Assembly: GCA_052055015.1 (NCBI GenBank)
Contig: JBQJIT010000019.1
Source: Malassezia furfur
Lineage: Eukaryota
DNA length: 64,000 nt
Strand: one strand, 5' to 3'
In this document: piece after piece, positions 11,831 to 24,208 of the stretch
How positions within the stretch are numbered: the stretch's first letter is position 1
Layout of the letters: each line of letters opens with the position of its first letter
Notes under the pieces: generated by a model
Told to the model about the DNA's origin: nothing
What the model saw: only the letters and a program-made list of their open reading frames with translations
Databases searched by the model: none
Made by a program: the position numbers and the translations under genes

Positions 11831-12886
11831 TCACGAGAGACGCGCCTCGATCGCTGCAAGACGCGCCTGCAACGACGCCAGGTTGGACTGGGTTACCTGC
11901 ACATTCTGGGCCAAGCTCGCCTCCGCATGTTCAAGCATCTCGCGCAGCTCGGTCATCCTGGTGCGCTGCGTGTGTTGCGCTTGCTCCACGTCGGATACCT
12001 GTGCGGCAATCGATGCGGCGGACGCATGCAGCGGCGCAAGCGCCTGGAGACGCGCCAGCAGCGCCGGCGCCAAGGGCACGAGCGGCTCAATACGCGACTG
12101 CAGCGCCGACAGCGACTCGATCTGTGCCAGTGTCTCACTCGACACCTCGTCGTGATTAGCGATCCGCTTGCGATTCTCAGCAACCCGGTCGAGCTCGGCG
12201 GAGGCCATCTTGGCGCGGTGCACGATGGTGTCCAAGTGCCGCGGCTGCGTGAGAAGCTGAATCTGTGACTCGAGGCGCGCCAATGTCGATACGAGCGGCA
12301 CAACCGACTCAGCATCATCAGGCGTGCCGATGAGCTGCTCAAGTTGGGATAGGCGCAGCGCCAGTGCCGAGAGAGGCGGCGTCGACGTAGTAGGCAACGA
12401 GGTCGTTTCAGGCGCGTCGGAAGAGGCAGTCGAGTCACCATGGCCCAGCGTCTGGATCATGTTCATCATTTCGGTGGTGTTCAAGGGGGGCGTCTCGCCG
12501 GCTGCGCGGATCTGCAGTCGTTGGATCTGCTCCAAGAGCCGCACGGCGCCTTGGTGCTCGGTCCGTGTAGAGTCCGCCGACAAGGTCTCTTCCAGCTCTT
12601 TGGCCTCATCTTGGAGACGCAAGAGGCGCGCGAGCGGCGTTTCTGAGGTTCCTTGCACAGTGGGTGGGGCTGCCTCCCGGAACCGAGAGCGCGCCGCCGG
12701 CGCGTTCAATGATGCATGCTCGAGGCCCTCGGGCGGCGCTTCCACCTCTTCGTCATCCGATCCTTCGGGCGCATCATATTTCACCGGGTCGACTACTGGA
12801 TTAGTCTCATACACATCGGGCGCCGTGTCCTGCAGGGTTAAACATGTGGGACCTACAATGTCTGGCAGTCCACTGTATTTCGACAT
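11831..12886 (-). CDS. Dynactin subunit 2 (dynamitin/p50) (intron 12830-12856)
   Basis: MSKYSGLPDI|DTAPDVYET N-terminus, ETPLARLLRLQDE, coiled coils and PALLARLQALAPLH. Confidence 0.85.
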   Translation of the reverse strand: MSKYSGLPDIVGPTCLTLQDTAPDVYETNPVVDPVKYDAPEGSDDEEVEAPPEGLEHASLNAPAARSRFREAAPPTVQGTSETPLARLLRLQDEAKELEETLSADSTRTEHQGAVRLLEQIQRLQIRAAGETPPLNTTEMMNMIQTLGHGDSTASSDAPETTSLPTTSTPPLSALALRLSQLEQLIGTPDDAESVVPLVSTLARLESQIQLLTQPRHLDTIVHRAKMASAELDRVAENRKRIANHDEVSSETLAQIESLSALQSRIEPLVPLAPALLARLQALAPLHASAASIAAQVSDVEQAQHTQRTRMTELREMLEHAEASLAQNVQVTQSNLASLQARLAAIEARLS

Positions 12887-13126
12887 CCTGGTGGCCGAGC
12901 GCGACGTCGACCTCCACCGGTTGGCGCGCGCGCCAGGGCACCGGCGCATTCTCCACACGCGCAGCGATCTTCCTCTCCGCCGTGAGGATAGGGTATGCGC
13001 TGCTTGACCAGTAGTCCAAACGAGCATAGGAAACAGGAAATTCATTCAATTCGAAAGGGGGGATATTGGTTCCCAACGTTCTACAAAGTGCAACAATATT
13101 CAGAATACACAACCATTCGTGGTGAT

Positions 13127-14818
13127 TCACACGGGGTAGGGGGGGAACATCATGGGCATGGGGGTCTGTACAGGGACATGCGTCCAGGATTCATGCATGT
13201 AGGGGGTAGGGGTGTATCCGACGGCGAACGCGTCCACTTCAGCGGCGTTCCAACCCATCGGCTGCAGTGCAAAGCGCCTCGGCTCGGCCACCGGCGCAGC
13301 GATGACCGGCTTCGACAGGGTGCTTGCGACGCGTTGCATGTGCTTTGCGTTTTCCTTGGCGTCATGCACACGGTATGCCTGCACACGTGCAACACCAGCG
13401 CGGCACATGTCCTCCATGTCCAGGTTGGACTGATGCAAGGCCGACTCTACCGCGTGCCGAGCGAGAAGTTCGAGCGACTTGAACTGGCGCTGGCAGAGCA
13501 GGCAGATGCGGCGCTCCCGGTCGCTAAAGTCGATCGCCCGAAGCGTCGCATGCGACGGCGGCGCAATGACCTGCGGCGTGCTGGAGCGGCGCTCGTCGGG
13601 GAGGAAGTAGGTAGTGCCGTTCGCGACGATCGGCGCAAGTGCATCGCTCGGGAGTGACACAGAGCTGCGGGGCGAGGTGCTCGGCGAGGACGCGGCCGGC
13701 GTCGGAACCGCTGCAGTGGGTTCCCACACCTCGAAGCCGAGCGACTCGTCCTCGTGGCGCCACGTCCGGTTCGATTTGTCGGTGTACGACCACGGCGCGC
13801 AGGTAGGGTCGTAAGGGTCGGCCTCCTCAAACACGATCGCATCCGCATAGCTGGTACGCACTGCCTGCCCACCGATTGCGACACCTTGCGGGAACATGGT
13901 GCGCGAGCGGAGCGCCGCAAGGCAAACACGCGCTGCATCCTTGGAGCGGAACACGGCCATGGCGCGCTGAGTCGAGGCGTTGTTGTCGCGCTCGCGGACG
14001 ATCATGACCTGTTCGAGCTGCGTCAGCGCATCAATGAGAGGCTGCGCGTTGCCCGTAGCATATACAGGAAGTGTCTGGAGAGCGGCGCCAACGTCCGCGG
14101 CGTTTGCGTCTGCACCGAGGCCTGTGAGCAAGAGCATGTCGGTGACCACTGCCGATGCCTCACGGAGGCCGGCGTTTTCGTTGTGCAGGTCCACCTGTGA
14201 ATCTTGCTCGTTGGCAGCTTGCTCTTCGCGCTGGCGGCGTGCGCGACGCTTGAGCTGGTCCTTGCAGCCCGGAGCGTTGTGCTGCTCGTAGTACGACAGA
14301 CCGCCCTGCGGCCGCTCGCTGCTGCTGTAGTCGATTTTGATGCGCTTACGACGCAGCTTGTTATCTCCCGACGCACCCGGCGAGGGTCCCAGCCACGTCT
14401 CGGGGTTGTTGATGAAGGGTGCGTGCATGTTGACAAAACGCTTGGCGTCCTCCAACGTGTCAAACTTGGCGAATCCGAACCCCTTCGACGCGCCCGTGTT
14501 CCTGTCGCGGATCACGGTCACGTCCGAGGGCGGCGCTGCAAGGCGCGCATCAACGGCGTCCGCGAGAGCGGACACAAGCGTGCGCAATTTCTCGGCGTCA
14601 ACGTCGGCGTCGAGACCCAGGAGGATGACGTCGCGCATCGGCTGGGTCGCGCGCGGCGCACGAGCGTTCTTGTCGTTCCAGCGCTGGGAACGGTCCGACT
14701 CGCTACGCTCGCGGGGAGTCGGCGAGCTACCACGCGTGGTAGGCGAGGGCGTCCGGCGCGGCACCTCAATGGGGCTCTTGGCTTGGGTGGTATACGGCAC
14801 AGTAAGCTCGTCGATCAT
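13127..14818 (-). CDS. RRM and C2H2 zinc-finger RNA-binding protein, RBM5/RBM10-like
   Basis: RRM (VIRDRNTGASKGFGFAKF), a second degenerate RRM, and CLLCQRQFKS..H....LH. The start codon is uncertain. Confidence 0.7.
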   Translation of the reverse strand: MIDELTVPYTTQAKSPIEVPRRTPSPTTRGSSPTPRERSESDRSQRWNDKNARAPRATQPMRDVILLGLDADVDAEKLRTLVSALADAVDARLAAPPSDVTVIRDRNTGASKGFGFAKFDTLEDAKRFVNMHAPFINNPETWLGPSPGASGDNKLRRKRIKIDYSSSERPQGGLSYYEQHNAPGCKDQLKRRARRQREEQAANEQDSQVDLHNENAGLREASAVVTDMLLLTGLGADANAADVGAALQTLPVYATGNAQPLIDALTQLEQVMIVRERDNNASTQRAMAVFRSKDAARVCLAALRSRTMFPQGVAIGGQAVRTSYADAIVFEEADPYDPTCAPWSYTDKSNRTWRHEDESLGFEVWEPTAAVPTPAASSPSTSPRSSVSLPSDALAPIVANGTTYFLPDERRSSTPQVIAPPSHATLRAIDFSDRERRICLLCQRQFKSLELLARHAVESALHQSNLDMEDMCRAGVARVQAYRVHDAKENAKHMQRVASTLSKPVIAAPVAEPRRFALQPMGWNAAEVDAFAVGYTPTPYMHESWTHVPVQTPMPMMFPPYPV

Positions 14819-15054
14819 TTTGTGCAAAGGTGTCCGAGGTAAAAACTGCTGGTCCTGCCAGCGTTGCTTGCGGGTTCAGGAGAAAGGGGCGCGCTGAGGT
14901 GACGGGGGCCCATCGCAGCGCAGCCCCCGGTACTTGTAGGCCTCGCTTGGCGGCGCATAGAAGTTGGATCGACGCTCTACAACTAACATTCTCCACAGCG
15001 CCTGTCCCTGTAGCTGACTAAACAGCCCCGGGGGCGTTGGCCAGCCACGCCGCC

Positions 15055-16591
15055 ATGGACGAGTCGCGGCGCGTGCGCGCGGCGGGCGGCGAGGAAGCGG
15101 CGCGTACGGCGCGTGAGGCGGCTGAGCACGGCCCTCCCAGCACACCACATTCTGTGCGTCGCGCCAACACGACCGCCACGGGCTCCGCGACCGACCCTGT
15201 CCGTGGCTTGCGTCAGCTCAGCCTTCCGACCGTCGGCGCAACGCAGGCCGCTGCCGACGCCGCGGCTGCCGTGCGGCGCGCCGAAGCCCAGTCTGCATCA
15301 TTTGCTGAAGGGAGTGAGCCTGCAGATGCACAGCGCGTGCGGTATTTCCGGCGACTGTCCAAACTTCCATCACAGCCACTTGATGCGACACCGACGCCGA
15401 CGGCGATCCTCAAGTTTATGGATGCAGTGCGTGGCGTGCTCTTTGCTCTGTCGCAAATCTATCATGCACTTAAGCAACACATCTCTGTGTCAAACGATGA
15501 GCGCCTCATCGCGCACTTTCAGCGCTTGCTGAGCCTCATGAGCATCTCGATGAATATGCTAATTACGGCACTTGATCGGCTCGATACGGCGACACAGCGC
15601 GGTACACCCGATGCAGGCGTGGTACGAGGTGTACTGGAGGCGTGCAGCGAAAGTGTGCGTACATTTCGACGTACCATTTCGATGGTGCACTCCCAGCTGC
15701 CTCAGCTCGAAGAGAGTGTGGATGTGCGCTTTTCACGGACGCTGCTGCTCATGTTATACGGGAGCATGGCCGAGCTGCGGAATAGCAGCGCAATCATGGC
15801 GCCCAATCGCGTGGAAGTGGCGCAATACGTTGCTGTGAGTGCCGCGCAAGACGACGAACGTGCCGTTCAGCCCCTTCGTTTGCGTCGTACTCCGGACTTT
15901 TCGTTTGACACGGTGGACAGTACGAGCACCGACATGTTGCACGCATCTCCACAGACCTCGACGCCTCTCACTCAGCGGAATCTACGCACAAAAGGCAGCT
16001 TTATCTCAGCGGCCACGCGCTCCCCTGCTGTGTCGCCCCGCGAGGCGCGCAAGCCCCATGCTTCGCCGCTTGCAGGCAGTCTCTCGCCGTCGATCAGTCT
16101 GCCACAGCTGCGCGTGAGGTCTCCGTCGGGCTCGCTGCGTGAAGTGCCTGTGATCGACACACAGCTTCAGACGACGCTACAGCAGGTCACGACGCAGGCC
16201 GCTCAGATCTGGACGCACCTACACACCCACCTACGCTCTGCCCAGCCGCAGACGGACGAAAACGCTAAGCGGATCCGCGATGTGGACGATACGTGTTTGT
16301 CTACGCTGGAGCAGACACAGCGGCTGCAGGCGATGCTTGCGCGACTACCGGAAGACGCGCTCCGTGCACGACCCCCGGCGCCCGAGTGCCAGCAGCTGTG
16401 GGAGGAGGCGAACCACTTTGTGCGCGTACGTTTTTCTACTCACGCAGGCAATTATCCACATCTCCACGTTGATCAAGGCCGTTGCTGTACATTACCCCTT
16501 CCCCCGCGACCTGATGCGTGCCCTCGGTGAGCTCAACCAAGGCTGCTCCACGCTCGCAGCGGAGCTCCACGCGAGTACGCAGCGCATGTAG
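15055..16591 (+). CDS. SOG2: RAM-pathway Sog2-domain protein with no visible LRR region (intron 16426-16447)
   Basis: RGVLFALSQIY and DVRFSRTLLLMLYGSMAELRNS resemble the fungal SOG2 domain; the splice gives FVR|AIIHIS. Confidence 0.7.
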
Positions 16592-16636
16592 ATCACGTGA
16601 CCCAACACGCCGTCGGTTCGCACTTCCATACCCGCG

Positions 16637-19600
16637 ATGGACGATGCGGAGGCCGCCGCGCGGCGCCCCGAGGGCGCGCCCGACGAAGACGTGCCTATGA
16701 GTGAAGAGGAGGGGGAGGACCTTATGAAGGAGTCCGGCAACCTGGTGGGGATGGACAGCAGTGATGAGGAAGAGGAGGAAGAGGATGAAGAGGAGCAGCG
16801 CCGCGTCGCGGAAGGCTTCATCGTCGATGAGGACGAGGACGAAGAGACGCGGCATAAGCGCAAGCGGCGTCATCACCACCACCGTCGCCACGAGGTGGAT
16901 GACGAAGAGCTCGATGAGGACGACTTGGCGCTCCTGCAGGAGAACCAGGGACCCTCGGGCGGCGTCGATGGTCCACATAAGCGTGCGAGGCAGCACGCCG
17001 ACGAGCGCGACCGCGATCTTGCCCATATTTTTGATGACGAAGATGATGGCGAACAGCTTCCGTCAGTTGCGGGTGCAATTCGCGATAGCATGGCGGACGC
17101 GTCGCGTGCCGCTGACTACGACGACGACGAGCTCGACGACTTCATTGAGGACGATGAAGATGAAGAGATGCAGGGTCTAGACGAAGAGGCGCGCGAAGAG
17201 CGCCGTCGTGAGCGGCGTGAGGAGCGTCGGCGTGCGCGGCTGACGGGTCAGCGTGTTGATCCGCAAAAGGTCGGCATCGATCCCGAGGCCTGGGACGAGA
17301 TTCACGACATCTTTGGCAACGGCGAGGACTATGCGTGGGCGCTTGTTGCCGAAGAAGAAGAGGAGGAGGAAAAGAGGGGCAAGATGGAGTACAAAGATGT
17401 GCGTATGACGTGCGCGTGCTGACCACCAGATTTTTGAGCCGGCGCAAATCCAGGAGCGCATGCTCACCGAGGAGGACGATCGAATCAAGCAGATCGACAT
17501 TCCCGAGCGGCTGCAGCTTGCCCTGCCCGGGGTCGAGGGTTTGCATCTACTCGAGCGACCGCTATCTGACGCGGACCTCGACGAGGCGACACAGTGGGCT
17601 GCGCCGCGGATCTCTCCGCGGTGCACCGCTGAGTTCCTCGAGGAGGGTGCGGTGCACGCGCGCCTGCGCACCGAGTGGCAGCAGTGTGTGCGTCAGATGC
17701 TGCGCTACATGCTGAACGACTACCTGGAGGTGTCGTTCTTGACGCAGCATCGCCTCGACGAGCTGGAGCACACGCACTTTGACGAGGTGTTGCGCAAGCA
17801 CGAGACCACGACGCTACTCATGCGCCAAGAGCTGCTGACGCTCAGCTCGCTTGGTGTCAAATATAAGCTACTGCGTGCGCGCAAGGATGCGCTGCAGCAC
17901 ACGTTTGCGCAGCTGCATACGTCGCTTGGCGACGCTTTGCGCAGCGAAGATGTGGCGTACTTTGACGAGCTGCTTGCCCAGGCTGCGAGCTTCGAAGAGG
18001 TGTCGGACATCAATGAGTGGCTCGCGATGCGCTTCGGCGAGCGCTTCCGTGATGCGACGGCGCTTGCCGAAGCACAGCTGCTGGCCGGTCATGTGCTCAA
18101 GCGCCCGACGATCGTAAGCGAGTACGAGCGGTTGAAGGCGACGCCGGTCGCGCAGCTCGCCGCGCGCCTTGGTCTTGATGCGCAGCAGCTCGCGGCGAAC
18201 GTCGTGAGCGGTGTGCGGACGCACATCCCCGACGACCCTGCCGAGGGCCCTGCGGCGGTGGCCGATGCGTACGTTGATGCGTCGCGCGGTGTGACGACGC
18301 CGGAGCAGGCGCTGCAGCTGGCGCGCACGGTGCTGGCGCACGAGCTCGGTAAGGAGCCGCTGCTGCGCCGTGACGTGCGTGCGCAGTTCCGCGCCTCGGC
18401 GCTGCTGGACGTGGAGCCGACGGAGCGCGGCATGACGCGGATCGACGAGGCACATCCATACTACAACTTCAAGTTCCTGCGTGCCAAGCCGGTCGCGGCG
18501 ATCGTGCAGAACGCCTCGCAGTTCCTCCAGATCCTGCACGCCGAGGAGGAACGGCTGGTGCGCATTACACTGCGTCTGCCCACGGACGTCGCGAACCGCT
18601 TCGAGGCGCGGCTCCAGGAGCAGTACGTGAGTGAGGGTGTAAGCGACGTGTCGCAGCGCTGGAATGCGGAGCGTGCGGCGGTGGTCGAGGAGGCATGCGC
18701 CGCGTTCCTTTTGCCGCTCGGGCGTCTGTGGACGCGTGAGTGGCTTATGGAAGAGTGCCGCGATGCGCTGCTCCGCCACTGTGAGCAACAGCTCACGAGC
18801 CGCGTGGAGGGCGGCCCGTACCAGTCCTCGGGGATGGTGTCGCGCAACGGCGATCCGGCCATCGAAGAGATGGAGCACACCCCCCGCGTGCTCGCCGTGT
18901 CGCACGGCGTCGGTGACCCACGCAAGAGCGAGGTGGTCGCCGTGTTCCTCGATGAGCAGGGCCGCTTCTTGGAGCACGCGACATTTGACTCGCTGCGGGC
19001 GCCGACGCCCGCGGTGCTGGCGCAGCGTGCACAGGCGCTCGAGCGCGGCGAAACGCTCCCCGAAGACGCGCGCGAGCGGTTCATCGCGCTGCTCAAGCGC
19101 CGTCGGCCGGATGCGATCGTCGTGAACGGGTTTAGTGCGCGTGCCGCCGACCTCAAGGCGTCCGTCGTCGAGCTGAACCGTGCGGCGCTGAGCGAGCGCG
19201 TGCATGACGAGGGCTTGGAGGGTCTCGCGGTGGAGCACGCGCGTGCAGATGTCATCAGCGTGTTCGACGACGTCGCGCGGCTGTACCAGCACAGCGAGCG
19301 CGCTGCGCAGGAGTTCCCTGAGCTGAGCGTGCTTGCGCGCTACTGCATTGGTCTCGCGCGCTATGCCCAGTCGCCTGTGAACGAGTTTGCGGCGCTTGGT
19401 ACGGATCTGAGCGCGGTGCAGTTCGACCCCGCGCAGCGCTTGCTCCCGAGCGACCGGCTGCGCACGCACCTCGAGCGCGCCATTGTGATGCTGGTGAATG
19501 ACATTGGCGTGGACGTCAACGAGGCGGTGGTCAATCCGTACGCGCAGCACATGCTGCCGTATGTCGCCGGCCTGGGGCCGCGCAAGGCGCACGCGCTTGT

Positions 19601-21371
19601 GCATGCCATCCGCACGAAGCTCGAGGGCAATGTGGTGAGCCGCGCTGGGATGCTGCAGCACGGGATCTTGTCGCTCAACGTGTGGAACAACTACGCGAGC
19701 TTTTTGCGGCTTGAGCCAGATGCCACCGGCGAGGCGCTCGCCGAGGAGCAGTCCGACGTGCTCGACACGACGCGCATCCACCCCGAGGACTACGACTTCC
19801 CCCGGCAGATGGCGCGCGACGCGCTGAACAAGCACGAGGAAGACCTCGAGGGCGAGAACCCGAGTCTGGCGTGCGCCGAAATCATGCAGGACCCGCACCC
19901 CGCTGAGAAGCTCGCGACGCTCGACCTCGACAACTACGCGCAGATGCTCTTTGAGCGGCGCGGGCTGCGCAAGCGCCTGACGCTCTTCTCGTGCCGCCAG
20001 GAGCTCATCCGGCCGTTTGAGGACTGGCGGCCGTCGCAGACGCTGCCGAACGCCGAGGAGCTGTTTACCATGTTCACCGGTGAGACACGCCGCGCGCTCT
20101 CCGAGGGCTATGTGGTGCCAGTCAGCGTGGTACGCGTCGAAGAGGGGCGCGACATGGAGGGCTTTGTGCGCGTGCGCCTCGACTCGGGCATCGAAGGCAC
20201 CATCGCCGGGCGCGACATCATGGCAGGGTACAACTCGCGCGACGTGCGCCTGCGCCCCATGTTCCGCCCCGGTCAGACGCTCAATGCGGTGGTGATTGCG
20301 CTCGACATGCACGCCATGCGCGCCGAGCTCTCGCTGCGCCCCGAGGCGTTTGAGCACGTGAACCCCGCGCAGAACGCGGTGCCGGTCGACACAATGTACT
20401 TCGACCACGACCGCGCAACGCTCGCCGCGGAAGCTGCCGAGGAACGCGTGCGCCGGCGCAACCGCAGCCGTATCGGCAGCCGCGTCATCGACCACCCCAA
20501 CTACCACAACTTCACCGCGTCGCAGGCGCAAAACTACCTCGCGACCCAGCCACGTGGCGCCGTGGTCATCCGCCCCAGCTCGCGCGGCATGGACCACCTC
20601 GCGGCCACGTGGAAGGTGGACGACGGCGTGTACCAGCACATTGATGTGCTCGAGCTCGACAAGGAAAATGACCACGCGCTCGGGCGCATCCTGCGTGTCG
20701 CCGACATGGGCTCGTATTCAGATCTCGACGACCTCATCGTGAACCACATCCGCCCGATGGCCGCGATGGTCGAGATGATGATGAACCACGAAAAGTACAA
20801 GGGCAACACCACCGAAGAGCTGCACGAGTACCTCACGAATACCTCGCTCGCGAACCCGTCGCGCTCCGTGTATGCTTTTGGACTGAACCGCGAGCGTCCG
20901 GGCTACTTTGACCTCGCGTTCAAGGCCAACGCCGATGCCCCTATCCAGACATGGCCCGTCAAGGTGCTCCCAGGTGCCTTCAAGCTGGGGCATGCGACGC
21001 AGCTGGCGGATATGGCCGCACTCACCAACGCGTTCAAGACACAGTATGCCGCACAGGCCAGTGCCGCCCGCGGAGGGCGCACCCCGGCATTGCACGACGC
21101 TGCGACGCCCGCAGGCGCACGCACTCCGGGGCACTACGGTGCACGCACCCCAGGGCACTACGGCGGGCGCACCCCGGCGTATGGCGGTGCGACGCCCGGC
21201 CGCTTTGGCGGTGCGACGCCAGGGCATTATGGCGCGCCGCCTCCGCAGCCACCCATGTACGGCATGCCTCCGCCCAACTACGGCATGCCCCCGCCGGGAT
21301 TCGGCGCGGCCCCCGGCCCGCCTCCGTCGTTCCCGGGCCCGCCGCCCGTGCCCCCGAACCGCCGTTGGTAG
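16637..21371 (+). CDS. SPT6: Transcription elongation factor/histone chaperone Spt6 (intron 17399-17429)
   Basis: Acidic N-terminus (DSSDEEE), DIPERLQ, GLGPRKA, LDTTRIHPEDY, S1 domain and tandem SH2 (VIRPSSRG). Confidence 0.95.
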
Positions 21372-21455
21372 CGTAAGACCATAGCATCCATCGAACCTGT
21401 CCAAAATCCAACCGCGTTGCGGCACTACTAGTACATGGCGAGGCGCCTCGCCTAA

Positions 21456-24003
21456 CTACGTCTCTTCGGAGCGCTGGGCAGACGCAGATCGCTCGGGCGT
21501 CGGCACACGCCCATTGGCCTCGCCCGACGGCGCGCGCGGAGGCACATGCGATGTGCGCGCCGTAATCACATCAAGCAGCGAAATCCCCGTGCTCGATGCC
21601 GTGCCGGGCAGCGGGCGGCTGATACTCGTTTTGCCGCTGCCCCAACGCAAGTTGCGCCGCGCCGGCAGTCGCGTCGGCGCGTCGCCGGTCGACTCGGGTG
21701 CAGGTGATAGCCTGGGCGACGCTGCGTGCTCGTGCTTCACTTGCGACACTGTCTCGGGCGGCGTCGCATTGCCAGGCGCCTCGGTGGGCGTTGCTCCAGG
21801 CCCAGATGCCCGGTCAGGGGGCGTGACAGACGCGGGAGGCGTCGCAGGCCGCACAGCATTTGTCGACGCGCTCGGCGTGCGCCCGTGTGCGCGTTTGGGC
21901 GCTGTGGTGCGCGCAGCCGCTGCCCCCTTGGGAGGGCGCACACGCTCTATTGGCCGCGGCTCCGAAACGGCGCGCTGCGTGCGAGCCTGCTGCCGTGTGC
22001 GTCCCTCGACACCGCCGGACCAAAAGAGCGCAAGATTGGACACGGAGGTGCGCTCGGGTCCCTTGGTCGCGATCTGGGGTGAGGCGGGCGACGGCGACGG
22101 CGCATGCTCAATGGTCGACACACTCCGCTTGTGCGCCGCACTTGCCGAGGCAACAGGCGGTGTGGACGAGCGGGATGACGACGCGGGCACGGGCGTCGGC
22201 GTCTCGCGCTTGATCGGCTCCGATTTCATACGCATGCCGCGCGGCGGTGCCTCATGAGCTTTGGGCTTGGGTACACGCACCACCTGGGTCTGGACGGGTG
22301 CCGCAGGGGCAGTGCGACGGTCCGTCAGCGGCTCGGGATGCGGGTTGACTGGCCGACGCGCGCGCCGCTGTCCACTGGGCGCACCCCAGTAGGCGGCTAG
22401 CACATCCGTGCGGGCGTCATGGCCCAGAATGCGTGGAACCTGAGCAACTTTGCTCTCGTCAAAATCGCCGTCGCTGTCGTCGCTGCGCACTTCGTACTTG
22501 CGCCGCTTATGTCGCACGGCGGTTTTGGCGGACGCCGCATCATCCTCATCCCGTACTGTGCGGGCCTGTGCCTTGTGCGGCGACCGCGACCGTGGCTTCG
22601 GCGGTCTTGGCGGTGCGTCGATGTCCGAGCTGTCTTCTGCATCGGCGTTCAACGTCCGGATCGGGCTGAGCTTGACAGGCGATGTCTCGGCGCTGCTCAC
22701 CGACGAGTCGCTGAGCTGAAGGCGCTGCTTGGGTCCCCGCGGCGGCGGCGGCCGCGACGTCGGCGCACCACGTTTCAGTGGGCGCACGTTGGTATGGGAC
22801 TCGGCGGGGTTCTCGGAGGGACACCGGTTGGGCCAGTCCATCTTGTAGAGCTTGTAGTGCCGCTCGCACCGCGGACATTCGTCCGGCGTCCACCAACGCT
22901 CTGGCGCGCGAAAGGCCCCTTGACACGTGAGGCACGTGCATTCCGGCCCGAGCGCGTCGGGGTCCATGGCATATTGGATAGGACTCGAGGGCGCCGCGGG
23001 CTCGGCCTCGGTGGCTGCATGTTGTGTGGAGCTGCGCAAGGTACGTGCGTCCTTGGGCGGCGTGGTGTGCGCCGCCGTGCCGTTGGCACCGTGGGTGTCG
23101 CACGACACGTCGTTGTCGGGTGGCGCAAAAAAGCCGCGGTGCCGACGTTCGCAGGTGGCACACATGCACTCGCGATTGCCTGGCTCAAAGTAGTTTTCGC
23201 CATAAAACGTGGTGATTTCCTCATCGCGTCGGATGGGGCGGATGCACCGGATCGTCAGCTGGTGGCCCGAGCGCCGGAACTCGGCGTTCGGCTGGCAGTC
23301 ATGGTTGATAAAGCGCGCAGGGCCAAGCAGAAGCTGGCTCTGTTTGCGACTCGACGAGCGGATAATAGAAAAGTCGCGCTGGGGGCGTACTGGGCCGCTG
23401 CGAGGGTCTGCCGTGCGCGCCAGCATCGCTTCTTCGCGCAGCGCCTCGTCGTCAGCGCGCGTCAAGTCTTTCAGGGCCGCGCGGCAGTGCGTAATCACCT
23501 CGTCGGGCTGAAAGGAGCGCAGCGCCAGCACACACAGATCGGTACGGTCCGGCGCACGCGCTAGTGCGCCGTGCTCAACATGCTCGCGTCCGAGCGCCTC
23601 GATGCGCCGCCGCCGCGCCGTAGTGTATCGATGTGTGATGGCATACTCAAATCCGGCGTCGGGCAGGTATGCCTGCAGGTACCGCTGGACGTGCGCCTCG
23701 AAGACGCGCAGTTGCGCAGGCGTCTTGCGCTGGACGTGCTTGCGCACCACGGGGAGCCTGTGTGAGCATGCCGACGTACTGCATAAAAGCGGTGAGTGCG
23801 GCGGAAAGGTCGCGCTCCCATATAATGTGCTGCCGCACCAGTAGTGACACGACTTCACGGTCGAAGCGTGCGGGGCGCTGGTGCGGGTTCATTTTGTGCG
23901 TCGCGATCGCAGGCTCAAACTCGAGCGTGCTGGGTGAGCGCAGGACGACGTACTCGAGCAGCATGCAGGAAAGCAGATCGTCATCTGCCGGGAGCTCGTC
24001 CAT
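21456..24003 (-). CDS. SET9: Histone H4K20 methyltransferase Set9 (introns 23930-23953, 23758-23779)
   Basis: DFSII.SS, LLGPARFINHDC, EEITTFYGENYF and post-SET CMCATCE. Confidence 0.88.
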
Positions 24004-24208
24004 GCTGGACCCGGCAGAACGAACGGGCAAGGCACACACTCTCTACGACGCTGGCGCGAACGGGTGCATCGCGTGCACGACGGCACACTCTAACGTGCCA
24101 CGCGCCGTGCGGACGGACCTCGGCTGCGAGCTTTGTAAGCATGCAGACGCTGCAGGAGCGGCTCGCCATGCAGCGCCGTGCAGTGCGCCGCGGGGATCCA
24201 TTCCAAGA

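Noticed and set aside
17868..20675. 935-aa antisense ORF over SPT6
   Set aside because: A shadow ORF expected from high GC and codon bias on the sense strand; no recognisable motifs.
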